Below, one piece after another: positions 11,400-24,684 of a DNA stretch of 64,000 bases. Location of the stretch: the NCBI RefSeq assembly GCF_015706575.1, contig NW_024037076.1:22605286-22669285 (forward strand), in the 5' to 3' direction. The stretch is from Patiria miniata (lineage: Eukaryota). The stretch's first letter is position 1. Each line of letters begins with the position of its first letter. The notes under the pieces were generated by a model. It was not told where the DNA came from and ran no database searches. It was given only the letters and a program-made list of their open reading frames with translations. The position numbers and the translations under genes are program-made.

Positions 11400-11860
11400 C
11401 GTTTGTGCATGGTGTGGGTCATTAAAGGGGCACTAGGTCCTGAAATCCCCGAAAATTTCATGTTTTGTATTGTTTACTTATCCTATTTCAAACGTGGGAA
11501 AGGAAACCAACCTAATGTCTTACCGTTCTCGAGAAAAGACAAAAAAAACCGGTTGTTTACATTGGACACGACGGAGTACGAATACGTTTTTCGTGTCATT
11601 CTCTAGTGTACGATATACACGTTGTGTGTCTCAGGATCAGCGGTGACCAATCACCAATGCAAAAAAAATGGTTTCTTTAACGTCCGCAAAAGGCGAACAC
11701 TTTACGAATGAAATCATGATGAAATCACAACTAGCATCCAAACGGCTCGAATTTATGGGTCGCAAAAGTGGACCCCGAAATTCGTTCTCGCACACATTAC
11801 ACAGGAATAACACAAAAACGTCCAGTTTTGAAAGGGTAGTTGTGTGGATGTTTCTATCCT
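11400..11860. repeat. interspersed repeat family X, copy 1 (second copy at 41430-41870, same orientation, about 80% identity)
   Basis: Shared blocks aaaggggcactaggtcctga(a/g)atcccc(g/a)aaaatttcatgttttg...gaccaatcaccaatgca...gcaaaagtggacccc(g/a)aaa are present in both copies. Confidence 0.6.
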
Positions 11861-12137
11861 AGTTTTGAATGTTCTTTCCGATCAACATGATCTTGTGCAA
11901 AGCGCATTTTGTAGCCCAATTGGGCTATTCCAGGACCCAGTGTCCCTTTAAGGTGTTTCATGATAATATGCGCCATCTCGTTCACGGAACAAAACGAATA
12001 TGCGTTGCATTTTGGAATAACTGTATGATGACTCCAGTGACGATGTTCAAACAGATAAGGGATGTCGGAACAGGGGTGTCGAAACATAGATGTATAATTA
12101 GCTTGAGTACAGGGGCGTAAATCCCAGGGGGGGGTGT

Positions 12138-12172
<35 letters not shown>

Positions 12173-12994
12173 CTTTTTGACCGGGGGGGGGGGGCTATTG
12201 AGTCATCCCCCCCCCCCTTTCGTGACGATGAATCAAGTGTTGATTTTGAGGTAATTTTTCAACATCCCAACGACCAAAATGTATTCAGTAGCACTGAAAA
12301 GTGGTGAAACAAATAACAAAAACTTGTTAAATGCGCCTATTTGGTGCCAGTATATACATATTGATATACATCTACATCCTGAAGAGCGCCCTCTAGTGTA
12401 ATTTCGAATTTCCACAGGCAGGCAATTTGTGGATTTTGGTTATCGGTTATTTTGGACATGTACCAGTCTAGTCTTTAGCCTCAAAGTTGGAATCACTTGA
12501 CTTCCCTCTCATGTGCAAGCCACTGCCAAATATTGAAGACAAGTCTCCTTTAAGAATTGAATTGAGTCTGCAAACTTGCATCATGGAAAGTTTGGAGATT
12601 ATATATGCTCGCCAAAGAGCGACTAAAGTTGGCGTGATTTCGTTTTGCATGGTTTTCAGTACTCAAGGTCCCAGTCTGAGCTGAATGGTACTAAACAGTT
12701 TTTAAAAACAATAGGGCCTATGTGGCATAAAATGTGGATTTTATATAATATAAAATGGTTAGAGTTATATTTTTTAACCGTTACCTGCCACTTTTGTTGT
12801 TTTTTTGTTAGGAAAAAAATCTTGTTAAAATTGTTTTACAACTAGTGCAGGGCCAGTCGAAAATGTGCATGTTCGGAAGGGGCAGTTGAGAACTGCAGCT
12901 TGTGCAAATAACGCACATTATTCAATGGTGTGAACGCACACTCGCAAGTTAAATGCACAAACTGTCGTCACCCCCCCAGCACTGATATTTACCC

Positions 12995-13060
12995 CTACTG
13001 GACAATATGGTATCGCCCTACAACTGTAGGGCGTAGATGTAGGGCGATACCATATTGTAT
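12995..13060. repeat. palindrome (ggacaatatggtatcgccctaca ... tgtagggcgataccatattgt)
   Basis: Seen directly. Confidence 0.6.
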
Positions 13061-13463
13061 TAGAGTTGCTCAGTCGACTGCCTACATACAGTGCAGTGAT
13101 GGTTGCTTAGTTGACTACAAAATGCATGTGCCCATGCATGCCACTCACGTATTTTATGTACGTACGAAGACATGGTGTGCAGTGCTATCGCCCTACAATG
13201 TGCCCGTCCTTTTTCCATTGTTGCGTCATATTAAGCACGCGCGCTCTTGCTCAAACATGACGTAAACAATTGAAAAGATCATCAGTTCTAGGCGTTCTAG
13301 GCTATATTCTGGCGCGCTAGGCTTCAGAAAATACTGCTTGTTTGCAGCTTTTTCGAGAACCGCTGGTCCAAACCACTTCAAACTTGGCACTGCACATTCT
13401 GTTGTCCCGAGCAATACACCCGCCGATTTTCAACTTCATACGGTACCCGGTTCTGGAGATAAT

Positions 13464-13500
13464 TGGCGGACAGACAGACAGACAGACAGACAGACAGAGA
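13464..13500. repeat. (CAGA)n microsatellite
   Basis: Reads gacagacagacagacagacagacagaga. Confidence 0.9.
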
Positions 13501-14090
13501 TTCCTGGAATTATAGTAAGATGTATTGACAACAGTCACATTTGCCATAACCATGGATGCATTAAGTTTAGGATTGAAGCATACATGTACCATGTGTGAAA
13601 TGCAGTGCGCATTGTATGTGCAATGTATGCATACATTTTCAACATGCTTGTCCAATTGCGTGTTATCTTTATCTAAGGAATGCACTTGAACTTTGAATAT
13701 TGTATTGGTTTAACCTTGTCAACAAACAACCTTTGGCCAGCTATGGCAAATTCTTATCTAAAATATCAACCGCTATTGTACATGTAAACCATAAATCTGA
13801 ATATGAAAACCATGAAATTTGAGCAAACTAGCTTCAGATATGAAGCAGTGTGCACTGTGGCAATGTGCAAACATACATTGTTTGCTTTTGTTTGTGTCAT
13901 TGTTTGCTTTAGCAAAAACTGATCTGTGAAGATGAAAGCCATTGTTTGATATCAGTTTGAATTTTGTACACGTATGTATGCTTGAGCACGCTGACTGCTT
14001 TATTCCAGTTCAATTTTCTGTCTCTTTCTGTTTAGTGAGGGTCTTTGACTGGTGTGTCTTCATCAGTGATTTCAGGTGATTTGAACAACC

Positions 14091-14265
14091 ATGGAGCGAG
14101 TTTCACCTCCAACAACTGTCATGGTTTGTTCACATAAGCTGACCATCAAATTGAACTCGTTGGAATCCATCTGGTACTGTGTTTTTGTCGTAGTGGTGAC
14201 ATTATTCTTATGTCTGGATGCTACAAGACACTACGTTCACTATGACAAACTCGAATGGCCTCAAG
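14091..14265 (+). CDS. multi-pass (about 8 TM) membrane protein of unrecognised family, first coding exon
   Basis: ATG in a good Kozak context (aaccATGg), preceded by a tttcag acceptor, so an upstream 5'UTR exon is likely. Donor gtaagg at 14266, phase 1. The exon contains TM1, IWYCVFVVVVTLFLCL. Confidence 0.5.
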
Positions 14266-14678
14266 GTAAGGATTCCCAATAGTTTGGATCAGTAACTTCA
14301 TATTTTTTTTTTTATTCTTTGTAGTTTTTTGACCGATGAAAGTTTATTTTTCTGACAATTGAACCAGAGTTGCACATGTAAAGGTAATACTTGAATTAGT
14401 GATGGGAGAATGATTAACGATCCTATAGGACTTCTCTTACCTACCAGTAACTTTTTGCATTTATCGCTGCTCGAGTGTAAATTTGTCAAGTGGACCCATA
14501 ATTTTGTTTAAGCTTGTTTCATGTGTTAAGCTTGTTTCATGTGTTATGAAAGTAATGAAATAACACTTCATTGTTAATAGCCATAACTATGCAGTCTCAC
14601 TGCAACCTGCTGCCAGAGGAATTTCATTACATGTGTCCTTAATTTTGCTTTTTCTTATTTTGACTGTTTATCTGACAG

Positions 14679-14838
14679 GAAGACCCAGTGCTGAACTGAA
14701 TCTTTACATTCTCCTGATGTTGTCAGCATTTCTTCTCATCATCCTCTTCATTCCAACTCAGATTTTCAAAGTTGGAAACCGGGCGAATGATCAAGGCAAA
14801 CTAGGACTCTTCAAAGAAAACAATAATAGCAATGGAGG
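14679..14838 (+). CDS. same membrane-protein gene, exon 2 (TM2, LYILLMLSAFLLIILFIPTQIF)
   Basis: Acceptor AG 14677-14678, donor gtaact at 14839. The phase is consistent with exon 1. Frame from ORF 14633..14842. Confidence 0.5.
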
Positions 14839-15539
14839 GTAACTTTAACACCATGCAATGGAATTTGTTTAATGCAGTCCTTGGAAATGCAACTTTGTGT
14901 CCCATTCAACCCTATTTTCAATTTTCGCTTTCAATTTTAAAGGGTATTTTGGTGCCCTTTTGGTTTTTATGCTTATACAAATTTCCATATTCGTGAGCAA
15001 AAGTGTAATGTCATTTCAGGCAGAAACCTCAGTGTTACAGCTACTTTAGCACCCTAAGTTGCCAGAATTTGTTATGTTTTAATTTTGCTGTACATGGCAG
15101 TGAGTAAGCCAATGAGCGAACTTTACTCAGAAATAGTTTCAAAAACCAACTTTTTAAGTTTACAATTTGAACAGAAAACCCCTAAATTGCAGACATGTCA
15201 TGACGGTGCATGGATACAGCAAGATACAAGTGTGTACAGTGAGCTCAATAGGCCTGCATGCAGTTTTAAGTGCATTTCACAAGCATCATCAACATGAATC
15301 TGTTTTGTTTTTCCATTTAGCCTGGCTTCCATTTTGTAAATTCTCCACAAATGACATTCGAAATCTTTCTTTTCTATTGTCTGAGAAGTTATTTGTAAAG
15401 TTGGTAACTGGTATTCAATTCCATAATCTGGAAACATTTCCTTGCATCAACTGTTGGGTACTCAAGTATCTGGTTCCAATGCACAGCCCTAAGATCATGT
15501 TAATAATGTACATGTTCTGCATTCTGTCCTGTTTAACAG

Positions 15540-15718
15540 GTTTAGCTCTAGTCTGTCCACAAATCGGAAGATCGTCAAGTACTTTCAAGCAATTCGTAGA
15601 GTAACAAAACATCTGGGACCTGTAGGAGCTACGCTTCATTTCATCTCTGCTTTCTGTCTCTTACTGCCATTGATGTTTCTACAGGCGAGAGCTATACAAT
15701 ATGGTTTATTAACTTCAG
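15540..15718 (+). CDS. same gene, exon 3 (TM3)
   Basis: Acceptor ttaacag|g, donor gtgagt at 15719. This is the only phase-consistent link between exons 2 and 4. It is a weaker call because the exon is short and the family is unrecognised. Confidence 0.4.
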
Positions 15719-16457
15719 GTGAGTAGTTCAAATATGTAGTAGTCATCAACAGGAACATTTTAAATACAATTGAATGATAATTCAAATATACAATGTAGTT
15801 GAAGGTAGGGACCAGGGCCCAATTTCACAGCGCTGCTTAACAGTTAGCAGAAAAGTTGTGCTTAGCATAGCAGAAAAATTTGCTAACCTTAAGCACTATT
15901 TTACCACGTGGATGTGCTAACAGTTGCACTTGCATGGAGATTTCTTATGTTACGTTACTAAGTTAAACACATTTTTCCTCTGAAGTAAGCATGTCTTTTG
16001 CTCTGCTTATGCTTACGGTCTCCATGAAATAGACGGAGCCTCTGTTAGCAGAAAGTCGTGTGCTTAGCAGCGCCGTGAAATTTGTGCTTGTTATTTTGTT
16101 AGCTGTGTAGCTATGTTAGGTTGTGGAGGGGCGCATGCCCCCCCCCCCCCTTCCCCATAAAAAATCATCACCCCCGGGCCCCCCCCCCCCCCCCCCATTT
16201 GATTTTAAATGAATACCGTGTTGAACAGATATTGCCTACAATGAGAACCCTGGCTACGCTGCTGCATTTGCCAGTCTTATAATTCGAAAAATATCTTTTT
16301 TACTTGTATTTTGAGATTTAAACTCTTTTTCAATTTGATGAATTGCCAGTGAGCATATTTATACAATTCTAAATTTTCATGGGAAGTCAACTTGGAATTG
16401 GTTTTTTTTTTACTAAGTATACATTCACTAAGATGATTGTTTTGTTTATATTTCCAG

Positions 16458-17752
16458 ATGCAATATGGCGTTCTGAAGTGATAGTTGGTGTGACCACTGT
16501 GGAAGAGTTTGAGCAGCTTGCTCGAACCATGCACAATAATTCAGGTTCTTACTTCCCTGCTAGTGTCAACCAGACAATCTCCAAAATCATCCCCACCATT
16601 GACCCCTTCAAGGTCTACATGGTAACACTAAACTACATCAATTATGTTATTCCATTATTTTTCTATGCAGTCCGCTATGCAGATGTCTTCTGGTTTTGCC
16701 ATAAAGGTTTTGCATTTATTTTCAGCATGCAGTTGATGTTGAATGCTATTCAATATGCACTTGGTTTTATCGGATTCTCTCTTTTGTACAAACTTCACTG
16801 GTATGGCTGGCATACTTATGGTTTAAAAGCAGATCCTGTCTTTGCAAAACCTACAGGTTTAGTTGGTGTCTACCTCAGTAATAATATAACAGTGTTTATG
16901 TCGGCAATTATTACTTACATGTACGGGTACAGTCGCTTGAAAGAAGCAGAATATAAACAAAAAGCTGCCAGGACAGGCATCCAAGTTAATCCAACAAGTT
17001 TTCCTCTCAAATGTAATGGGTATATTGCTAATATCGCAGCCGCTTTAGTAATGTGTGTCTTTGTTGCCTGTAAAGTCCCACTGACAATTGAGTATCTTGG
17101 TGTCTATCAAGTCTCAAAGGACGCAAGACTCCTGGCTTGTATAATATTTGACACGATCTACATGGCTTTTTGGTTAATCATGTGGATTGGATTCACTCTC
17201 AAACGAGATTGGGATTTTACCATTCATCCACCAAACGATCAAGATACTTCAACAGAGCAAGGGTCATCAAGCTGTGCTAGCCAGCGATTCATTGTCAGTC
17301 AGTCTCGAGATGTAGAACTACAACAAATCTCAAACTCTGATGAAAGAATTGAAGAGAGTCCTTCCAATCCAGTGGACCTTCGCCGTCATAAAACCCCTAA
17401 CCCCATCCACAATTCTCAGGGATCTTCTTCGTCTAATACACCATCTGAAAGACCAACCAAAGAATCAAACGTTTACACACGTCTCTTTAGTTCAGACTCA
17501 AAACGGAGTGCCTCAACCTCACCTGAATTGGTTTGCTCTTCATGCTCTCCCAATAGAGGGCAGCAAACGCCCATCCATTACAGAGGTATAACAAGATCAT
17601 CACACAGGAGTAGTGACCAAAGCTCTCGTAGTATTGAAGAAGAGTCTTTATTGGAGCAATCAATGAATGAGGAAGTGCAAGGAGAGGAAACTCAGGAACC
17701 ACATTCCCCAGATAAGTCGCATCAGAGTCAATCTGAAGATGGTTTGTGTTAA
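16458..17752 (+). CDS. same gene, large terminal exon (5 more TM segments plus a roughly 190-aa Ser-rich acidic tail); stop 17750-17752
   Basis: Acceptor tttccag at 16456-16457, in frame with ORF 16379..17752. The hydrophobic segments include FAFIFSMQLMLNAIQYALGFIGF, GLVGVYLSNNITVFMSAIITYMY, IANIAAALVMCVFVAC and LLACIIFDTIYMAFWLIMWIGF. Confidence 0.6.
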
Positions 17753-20575
17753 TACTTGTACTTCACTTCATCCAGTTCAGTTTTATGCAATATTCGTCCA
17801 GTATTTCACTAGGAGAACTGGTGGTGTTTTAGACTGAAATTCTTGGAAACCAAAATGTGTTTGAGAAGAAAATACATTTTTGGGAAGCTTAGTGTTGAAA
17901 GATGTTTTGGAAATGCATGTATTTCACTTTTCAATTGCAAATTTTAATTTTGAAATGCGATTTTAATTGGCAAGTCTTTCACTTATAATTTTTAAGTTGT
18001 AACAGAGGGCTTTGGTGATATGCTCGTAGGTGAGGCTCTCTTCTCTTGCATGAAACAGGCATTCACCTTACTTGCGTCTGCTAATCTGAAGATGTTTAGT
18101 TACTTTTCCATGTCCAGGAGTTTGTACATGATTGATACATTGACTGAAGCTTTAACGTGCCTTGTGTGGCTTAATGTTCTCTTCATGCACACAATATCTG
18201 GCGTGTTGGACTGAAATTGAATTGTTTCAGAAAAGACTGCAAGCATGCCAATCATGGGTAATGTTATCATTAATGAAGCAATTAGGTCCTGTTGTTAAAA
18301 GTTATTTTATTATCGAGAGTGTGATAGGGTATCTTTGTGTAATAGGGTATTTATGTGCAAATCTAACCATGAATGATGTAATTTGGCAGTCAGAATTGTT
18401 TTAGATGAACTAAGCTGATTTTTTTAAAGGTAAGTTCCGCTTGATAATGAAATAGTTATGTAAGTTGTCAAAAGATGTGAAAAGGGCGAAGTTCTTATAT
18501 GTACTTAATTGTCATGTCATCATAAAGGATTACCGCATTATAAATCCCTGGAGATTTTAACAGCACTGAAATGACTTAGTAGTTCCGATAACAGTGGACA
18601 TGTTCTCCAAAAACCAAAGGTAATTGTGTGCTTTATTGTTATCTTTAGTTATCAAAACAAAGATAGTTGTATTTTATTGTTCAAATCAAATAATATCTCT
18701 GATTTAATTGTCTATTTGTTAAGGCCTTAATTGCGTGTTGAGATAACTATACATATTGCATGATACCTAATAGCATTTTGCAATCAAATAGCAATCGTGT
18801 GTAGCATTGAAATTATGCATGACATGCATGTATTTCTAGTATCAATCTAATTTTCATAGAGTTTTTAAATCAAGCAATATTGTAATATTTTCTGAATCAC
18901 CGATTTTGTTCCACATTGCTGTTTTGATTTTTGAGAACGAGAAATTGTGTTTCCTTCTGAAAGCCAAAAACGTTTTATATAGTTGAAGGGCAAACCTTTG
19001 TACTTAACACAGCACAATATGCGCTTTTCCAAAATGTACAATTGTTGTTTTTATTAAGATTTTAGCCTGAGCTGTAGTAAACCAAAGTCTCCTTTACATC
19101 ACACTTCAGGTCTCACGGCATAGTAGTTTAATCTTGTACAAAAGCAGTTATCCCATTACTTTTATTTGTATATACTTGTGTTTATGCGTATTGGTCAGTA
19201 TTAATCCGCCGCACAGTAATATATTTTACCAGCACGTTATTACCATAACTAGTTTGTCACTCTCGCCTTAACCGGTGTCCTGTGACTTTCGGTCTGTTTT
19301 ACCTCATTTTGACTTTAACCCTAACACGTGACTTTTCACTGTTCTACTTTTGTCACTGAGGCATGCGCAATAAAACTGTGTTTCACTGTTGAGTCAAAAA
19401 TTCATACTAAAAAAAAAGTATTACAAAAAATTGTGGACTTTAATACAGGTAGTTTACTTGGAAGTACATGTATGACAATATATTACATGTACCACTTTGG
19501 TAATGAAATAATTGTGTTAATAGATCGAGATGATTTGTGTGCATATCAATGAAAAAATTAACGTGCAAGTTGAGTGATTTTGTAAACTTAAGCGGTTCGA
19601 TGGAACTTGTCATATATTAAATAGTGTATGAAAGAAAGCAATTGTCTATTGGTGGAATTTTCTTCTTTTTTTACCGCGTATAAGACTGGAATGACATATT
19701 CAAGTTCTCTTTCCCTTTTGTGTTAAAAGGAAGAAGTGTCAGAGTATTATTGATATCGTCCATAACGCGTGCTCTTTCCTCAACAAACATCTACGCTTCA
19801 AACCATCTACATTATTCCTCTTTCAACCACATCCCCTTCAATTTAGATGAAAACATTACCAACCACAACTTATGACACTACTTCTACTTCCTTCATGTTT
19901 TAGTCTCAAGCACACTCACCGTGGCTAATTTGACGGGTTCCCCCTTCTTTGCTGTAAATAATTGACATGAGCGTGACTTTACAAATTCTCATTGATTTGG
20001 ATCTGTCACTTAGTCACCGCTGTAAATAGTCATCTGTCCGGCAACGGGAAGGAAAAACACGAACGAACTTCATGTAATTGACTTTTGTATGTACCCTACT
20101 GATCAAGTACGCGCACGTACACTTAAAGCGTAAACACGCTTCAGTTGATTTCTGGTAATTAATTGCACTTTCAATCTCCTCACAGCCTCTCGATGTTACC
20201 CACAATGGCTAAATAAATCTGGAAAGTAAGCAGCGATCATGAATGCAGGGGTTGGGAAAGAGGTCAGTTTAACCATGGAGCAAGGAAAATGTTTAACAAA
20301 AGTGTCTGAAATTTGAAAAAAAAATACAGCAGAGGATACGAAAATGGATGGTCCGCTCAATGGAGACATAGACCATTTGCATGGAAATTTAATTTGTATC
20401 GATGGCAACTCAGAGTGGCGCATTTACTTTGTTTATTATTAACGGGGGCATTTCCTGTGATGGGAAAAGTGGTATCATCCGCCCACTCGCTTCATCACAA
20501 AACGATGCCTGGTTAGGTTGGGAAACATACCCTCTAGTTCCTCTATATACGTGTTCAGAGTTGCTTTCCGCAGAG

Positions 20576-22582
20576 ATGGGGTTTCTCAAGGTGTCTGTGG
20601 TGCTGTTTTCTGCTTTGGTGGTTTTCGGTGATATTCCATCTCGCGCCAAAATCAAATACAAGAGAGACGGACATTTTATCATCGGTGGGCTGTTTCCCGT
20701 TTACAGAATTTCTAGGCCGACTTGTGCTTATCTTGGTTGGAGTACAGTGTACAAAACAGAGTTGATGGTTTACGCCATCGAGCAGATAAATTCTCGTTCA
20801 GATGTACTTCCGAATGTAACCCTTGGATTTGACATTAGACCATACTGTGACGATGAATCCATTGTGATCACGAATGCTTTGTCTATGGCTGGTGTAGATG
20901 GAGTTACTACACATGATGAAGAAAACAGCAAGTTTGTTGGGTTTGTAGGACCAGGCACCAGTGTCACTAGTGTAGCGACTGCTATCACAACAACCGTGCA
21001 CAAGATTCCCGTTGTTTCTTACGCTGGATCCAGTATGGAGCTCAGCGATAAAACTCGGTTTCCTTACTTTCTGCGAACCTGGCCACCAGGCTCCCACCAA
21101 GCTGCGGCTATTGTTGATGTTTTACTCAGATTCAAATGGTCGTATGTTGGACTTGTTTACTCAAGAAACACTTACGGGATTCATGGCGCTCAAGAAATCG
21201 AAAAACTGGCCGATACTCACAACATATGCTTAGCTTTTTCGGTTCCACTTCCCGAGACGGTCGAAAAACGAGATATTGACATTGTTATGGAGAAGATCCT
21301 GATATTCCAGAAAGCTAAAGTCGTCATTTTCTTCGTCCATCCAGCAAAAAGTGGTATCGAAGTTCTTCAATCCTTGATGAAGACGATTCCTGATCATCCA
21401 GGACTAATAATAGTTTCTGGTGATTCTTTCGTGAGCTACTTGAATTATTATGGTGTTGCAAACGTTACGAGAGGTAGTGTTGGTATTCGCTCTTACTACA
21501 AAGAGGTTCCCGGATTCAGGGAACACATCCAAACTGTTCAAATGGAGGGAATGCCGGTGAGCCCGTGGTTCGAATGGTTGCAAAATTATCAAGTATCGAC
21601 AAACCCAAAGTGTCAAAACATAACACAGTGTCCCCTGTACTGTTATGACGGTTATTGCAATGATCATTATGTAGTTGATGCTGTCAGTTTATATGCTTCA
21701 GCTCTAGACAAAGTCTTGAACCAGATATGTAATGGCAATGTGAACTGTCTGATTAAGGAGATGAGTGGTCCATTGCTCATATCATATCTGAAGAATACAA
21801 GCTTTCAAGGTGTTGATGGGCTCTTTACATTCGACGTCCATGGACACCCTGGTGCCAAATATGACCTGACAATGCTTCAGTACCTTAACGGCTCTCATCG
21901 AGAAGTTAACATTGGATTTTGGGATTCACGTTCTGAGAACAACAACCATCTAGACATGACTTTGGATGACCTCCCTTGGCCTGAAGGTCACACATCACCA
22001 CCAATATCTGTTTGTCGTGAGACATGTCTCCCAGGGTACATCTCAGTCCCACTTGTCACCAAATGCTGTTATGGATGCCAACGTTGTCCGATCAACACTA
22101 TCGTAGTCAATGACACAGAGTGTCGTCCGTGTGTAAACTTTTTTTGGCCGAATGTCAACTACACTCGCTGCGAGAGAATCGCACCTTTATCCACTGAATG
22201 GCAAAGTGCTTTGACTTGCTCCATACTTGCTTTTACTGGTCTCGGTGTGGTTCTTACATCTTGCACTGGTACGGGACTGATTTATTACCGTCATCATCTA
22301 TTGATCAAAGCAACGGGACGAGAACTAAGTAGTGCCAACCTCCTAGGTCTCTTACTATCCTGCTTGACTGTTATTCCTATCCTGATCATTCCAACCGAAT
22401 TCTCTTGCGCCTTATCTGACGCCATGATTGCCCTCTGCCTCACGCTGACATACGCTCCTACGCTACTCAAGGTGAATCGCATCCATCGTATCTTCAAAGG
22501 AGCTAAGAAATCAAAAAAACGACCCAAGTTGGTATCTCCACGGCAACAGCTATTCTTGGTATCGGTTTTCACAGCTGTACAA
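20576..22582 (+). CDS. class C (family 3) GPCR resembling metabotropic glutamate receptors, exon 1: signal peptide, Venus-flytrap/ANF-receptor domain, Cys-rich domain, TM1-TM3
   Basis: Signal peptide MGFLKVSVVLFSALVVFG (ATG 20576). GGLFPV and the ...SYAGSSMELSDKTRFPYFLRTWPPGSHQAAAIVDVLLRFKWSYVGLV..YG motif match the mGluR ligand-binding-domain signature. The 9-Cys module is CRETCLPGY...CCYGCQRCP...CRPC. Donor caa|gtaaga at 22583. Confidence 0.8.
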
Positions 22583-22808
22583 GTAAGACTTGATTATTTT
22601 GTCTCTTTTTAATGTCTAATCGTTTCAATTCATCGCCTTCTTCACTTCACACATACCACTTGACCCATCCCCTATATAACAGCATGTCACCGATAGCAAC
22701 ACATGCAAAATGTCGAGTCCTAGTCCTTTTCTTGTGTGTTTTCTTATTATCGAAATGCATGCAGTGTTTTGCGAGTTTTATTAACAAAAACATAGAATGT
22801 CTCTCTTA

Positions 22809-23186
22809 GGCCAAAAAAAAAAGTCTCCGGTTTCTGGTATGCGCGCGCGTCGCTGTAGCCATGCGCGTCGGCAAAATGAAAAAGGTTTTTTTTTTCAATG
22901 AAAGATGATGTCTCAAAATCGCCAAACTCACTGGTTTGACTGGAATCCTGCTGCTGCACATTTTTAACGTGTTTTTTAGATGGAGTTATGGTCGAGAATA
23001 AGCTTTATGTGGCCTCTCTGGACTCCCAATCCCATATAGGCCTATTTGTACTAAGTTTAGTCGGGCACCATTTGCAGTCATCAGCCGACATTTGAAGCAA
23101 AAAAGTCGGGTAAAAAAAAAAAAAGCCGCGTCGCCGCACCACTTTTTGGGCAAGCTCCATACCAGAAACCGGAGACTTTTTTGGGG
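22809..23186. mobile_element. MITE family M copy 1 (TIR ggccaaaaaaaagtctccggtttctggtat), inside the GPCR intron
   Basis: About 90% identical to the reverse complement of 24685-25039. Confidence 0.7.
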
Positions 23187-23265
23187 TTTTAAGTCCCCTC
23201 GGTTTAAGAAATGACGGAAAATGCATTTACTGAGTTATATTTACTAAATCTGTATCTTTATAAAG

Positions 23266-23829
23266 GTACTCATCGTCATTGTGACGGTCATTTTCTACCC
23301 ATCTGTACCCACGATGATCCAACCATCAACACAGGAGAAACTTGTGGAGATTTACTGCCTCTTTCGCTCCGGTTTCTTTGCATCGTGCATCTACAACCTC
23401 CTCTTAGTCCTCGCTTGCTGCTACTACGCCTTCAAGACCCGTAAGGTACCAAGTAACTACAATGAGTCCAAGTTCATCGCCGCCAGCGTCTACTCAACAC
23501 TTCTCTTGGGCTCAGCAGCAGCCTTGGTGTACACTACTGCCGTAGGAGTAGAGACAATAAAAGCTACCCTGAGTTTGGTTGTACTTCTCAATGCTTATCT
23601 GACACTAGGCTGTGTCTACCTGCCAAAGCTATACGCGGCACGTTTCATCCGAGATTTGAGCGTTCTTGGTGTGCGCAGCTCCAGTGGGCACGCGGAAATC
23701 GGGCCCTCATCAGTTAGTGATGTCGGGTCGGCGTTGGCTGATAATTCCTATAGCGGTGGGCCTTTGAGTATTTCTCAAAGAAGGTCCGCCGTGTATCCAG
23801 AAAAAGTAAAATCCTCGGACAACATCTAA
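23266..23829 (+). CDS. same class C GPCR, exon 2 (TM4-TM7 plus C-tail; stop TAA 23827-23829)
   Basis: Acceptor aaag|gta at 23264-23265, phase 0. The junction ...FTAVQ|VLIVIVTVIFYP completes a TM helix. The TM7 motif LPKLY is the mGluR-type PKxY. Confidence 0.75.
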   Translation, partial: VLIVIVTVIFYPSVPTMIQPSTQEKLVEIYCLFRSGFFASCIYNLLLVLACCYYAFKTRKVPSNYNESKFIAASVYSTLLLGSAAALVYTTAVGVETIKATLSLVVLLNAYLTLGCVYLPKLYAARFIRDLSVLGVRSSSGHAEIGPSSVSDVGSALADNSYSGGPLSISQRRSAVYPEKVKSSDNI

Positions 23830-24684
23830 ATCGAAGACTACATAATACAACATTTAATAACTGACTTTCAGAGCCCGCAAGATATAGGGAATGCTACTTG
23901 TTTATTGAATAATTTTTGTGCAAGGAAACCCATCCATCAACGACAATAGAATATTGTTTCGTTAATATTAGTTTCTTGGAAAGGTTTTTGAAACAATATG
24001 ATATAGTATAGTAAAATATATACAAAATGTATAGTCTTAGTCTTATTAATTTATTCATGTAAAATATTAAACTTCATCATTGTGTAAAATTCATTGAAAC
24101 AAGCTGTGTTGTTTTGTAGTTTGAGCTAATAGAGTGTTGTTATAAACATCGTGTGTTTTAATGCAGTGGCTATTCTGATTCGTTTAGACTTAGTTTAATA
24201 TACGACAGTATCATTATCATGGTTTTATAAAAGTGCTCGATATTGAATAGTTTAATGAGCACCGTCTGGCTGTCATGAAGTGGGAAATTTGATTGACCAA
24301 ATCACATGGTGCAATTCAAGCCGATGCATGGGTAACCTACTCTGCCATAGCCAATCCGTTCAATATCGCCAATCAATACCGCCTTACCCGACCCATTCCT
24401 GATTTTCTTATTAACAGTGAGTTAAATTGTATCCTCTTGTTACCAGGATTTTACAGGAATTCAAAAGGCTTTTTCATGCAGGAGAATACATTTTTTCTGA
24501 CGAACAAAATCAGAAGTTGTGATAGTTCGACTGAGGCACTTTTTAAAGCTTTCCAGGCACCTTGTTATACTGCATGAGCCCCCGTACAAAGAAAATTAAA
24601 GCTGGTACAGGCGCCCACTCCTGTTCGCCTTTACAAGGTTTAGTTGATAATACGACGTACGTACTGACTTAATATGTGCACTAA

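Noticed and set aside
11854-12120. Overlapping 77-aa and 83-aa ORFs on opposite strands, which may be a transposase remnant.
   Set aside because: There is no recognisable DDE or other catalytic motif. The region is flanked by repeat family X and a C22 tract, so it is probably decayed repeat sequence.
15167-15604. 145-aa ORF in the 8-TM gene region.
   Set aside because: Its frame is inconsistent with the flanking exons, it has no hydrophobic helices continuous with its neighbours, and a phase-consistent short exon (15540-15718) in another frame fits the gene model.
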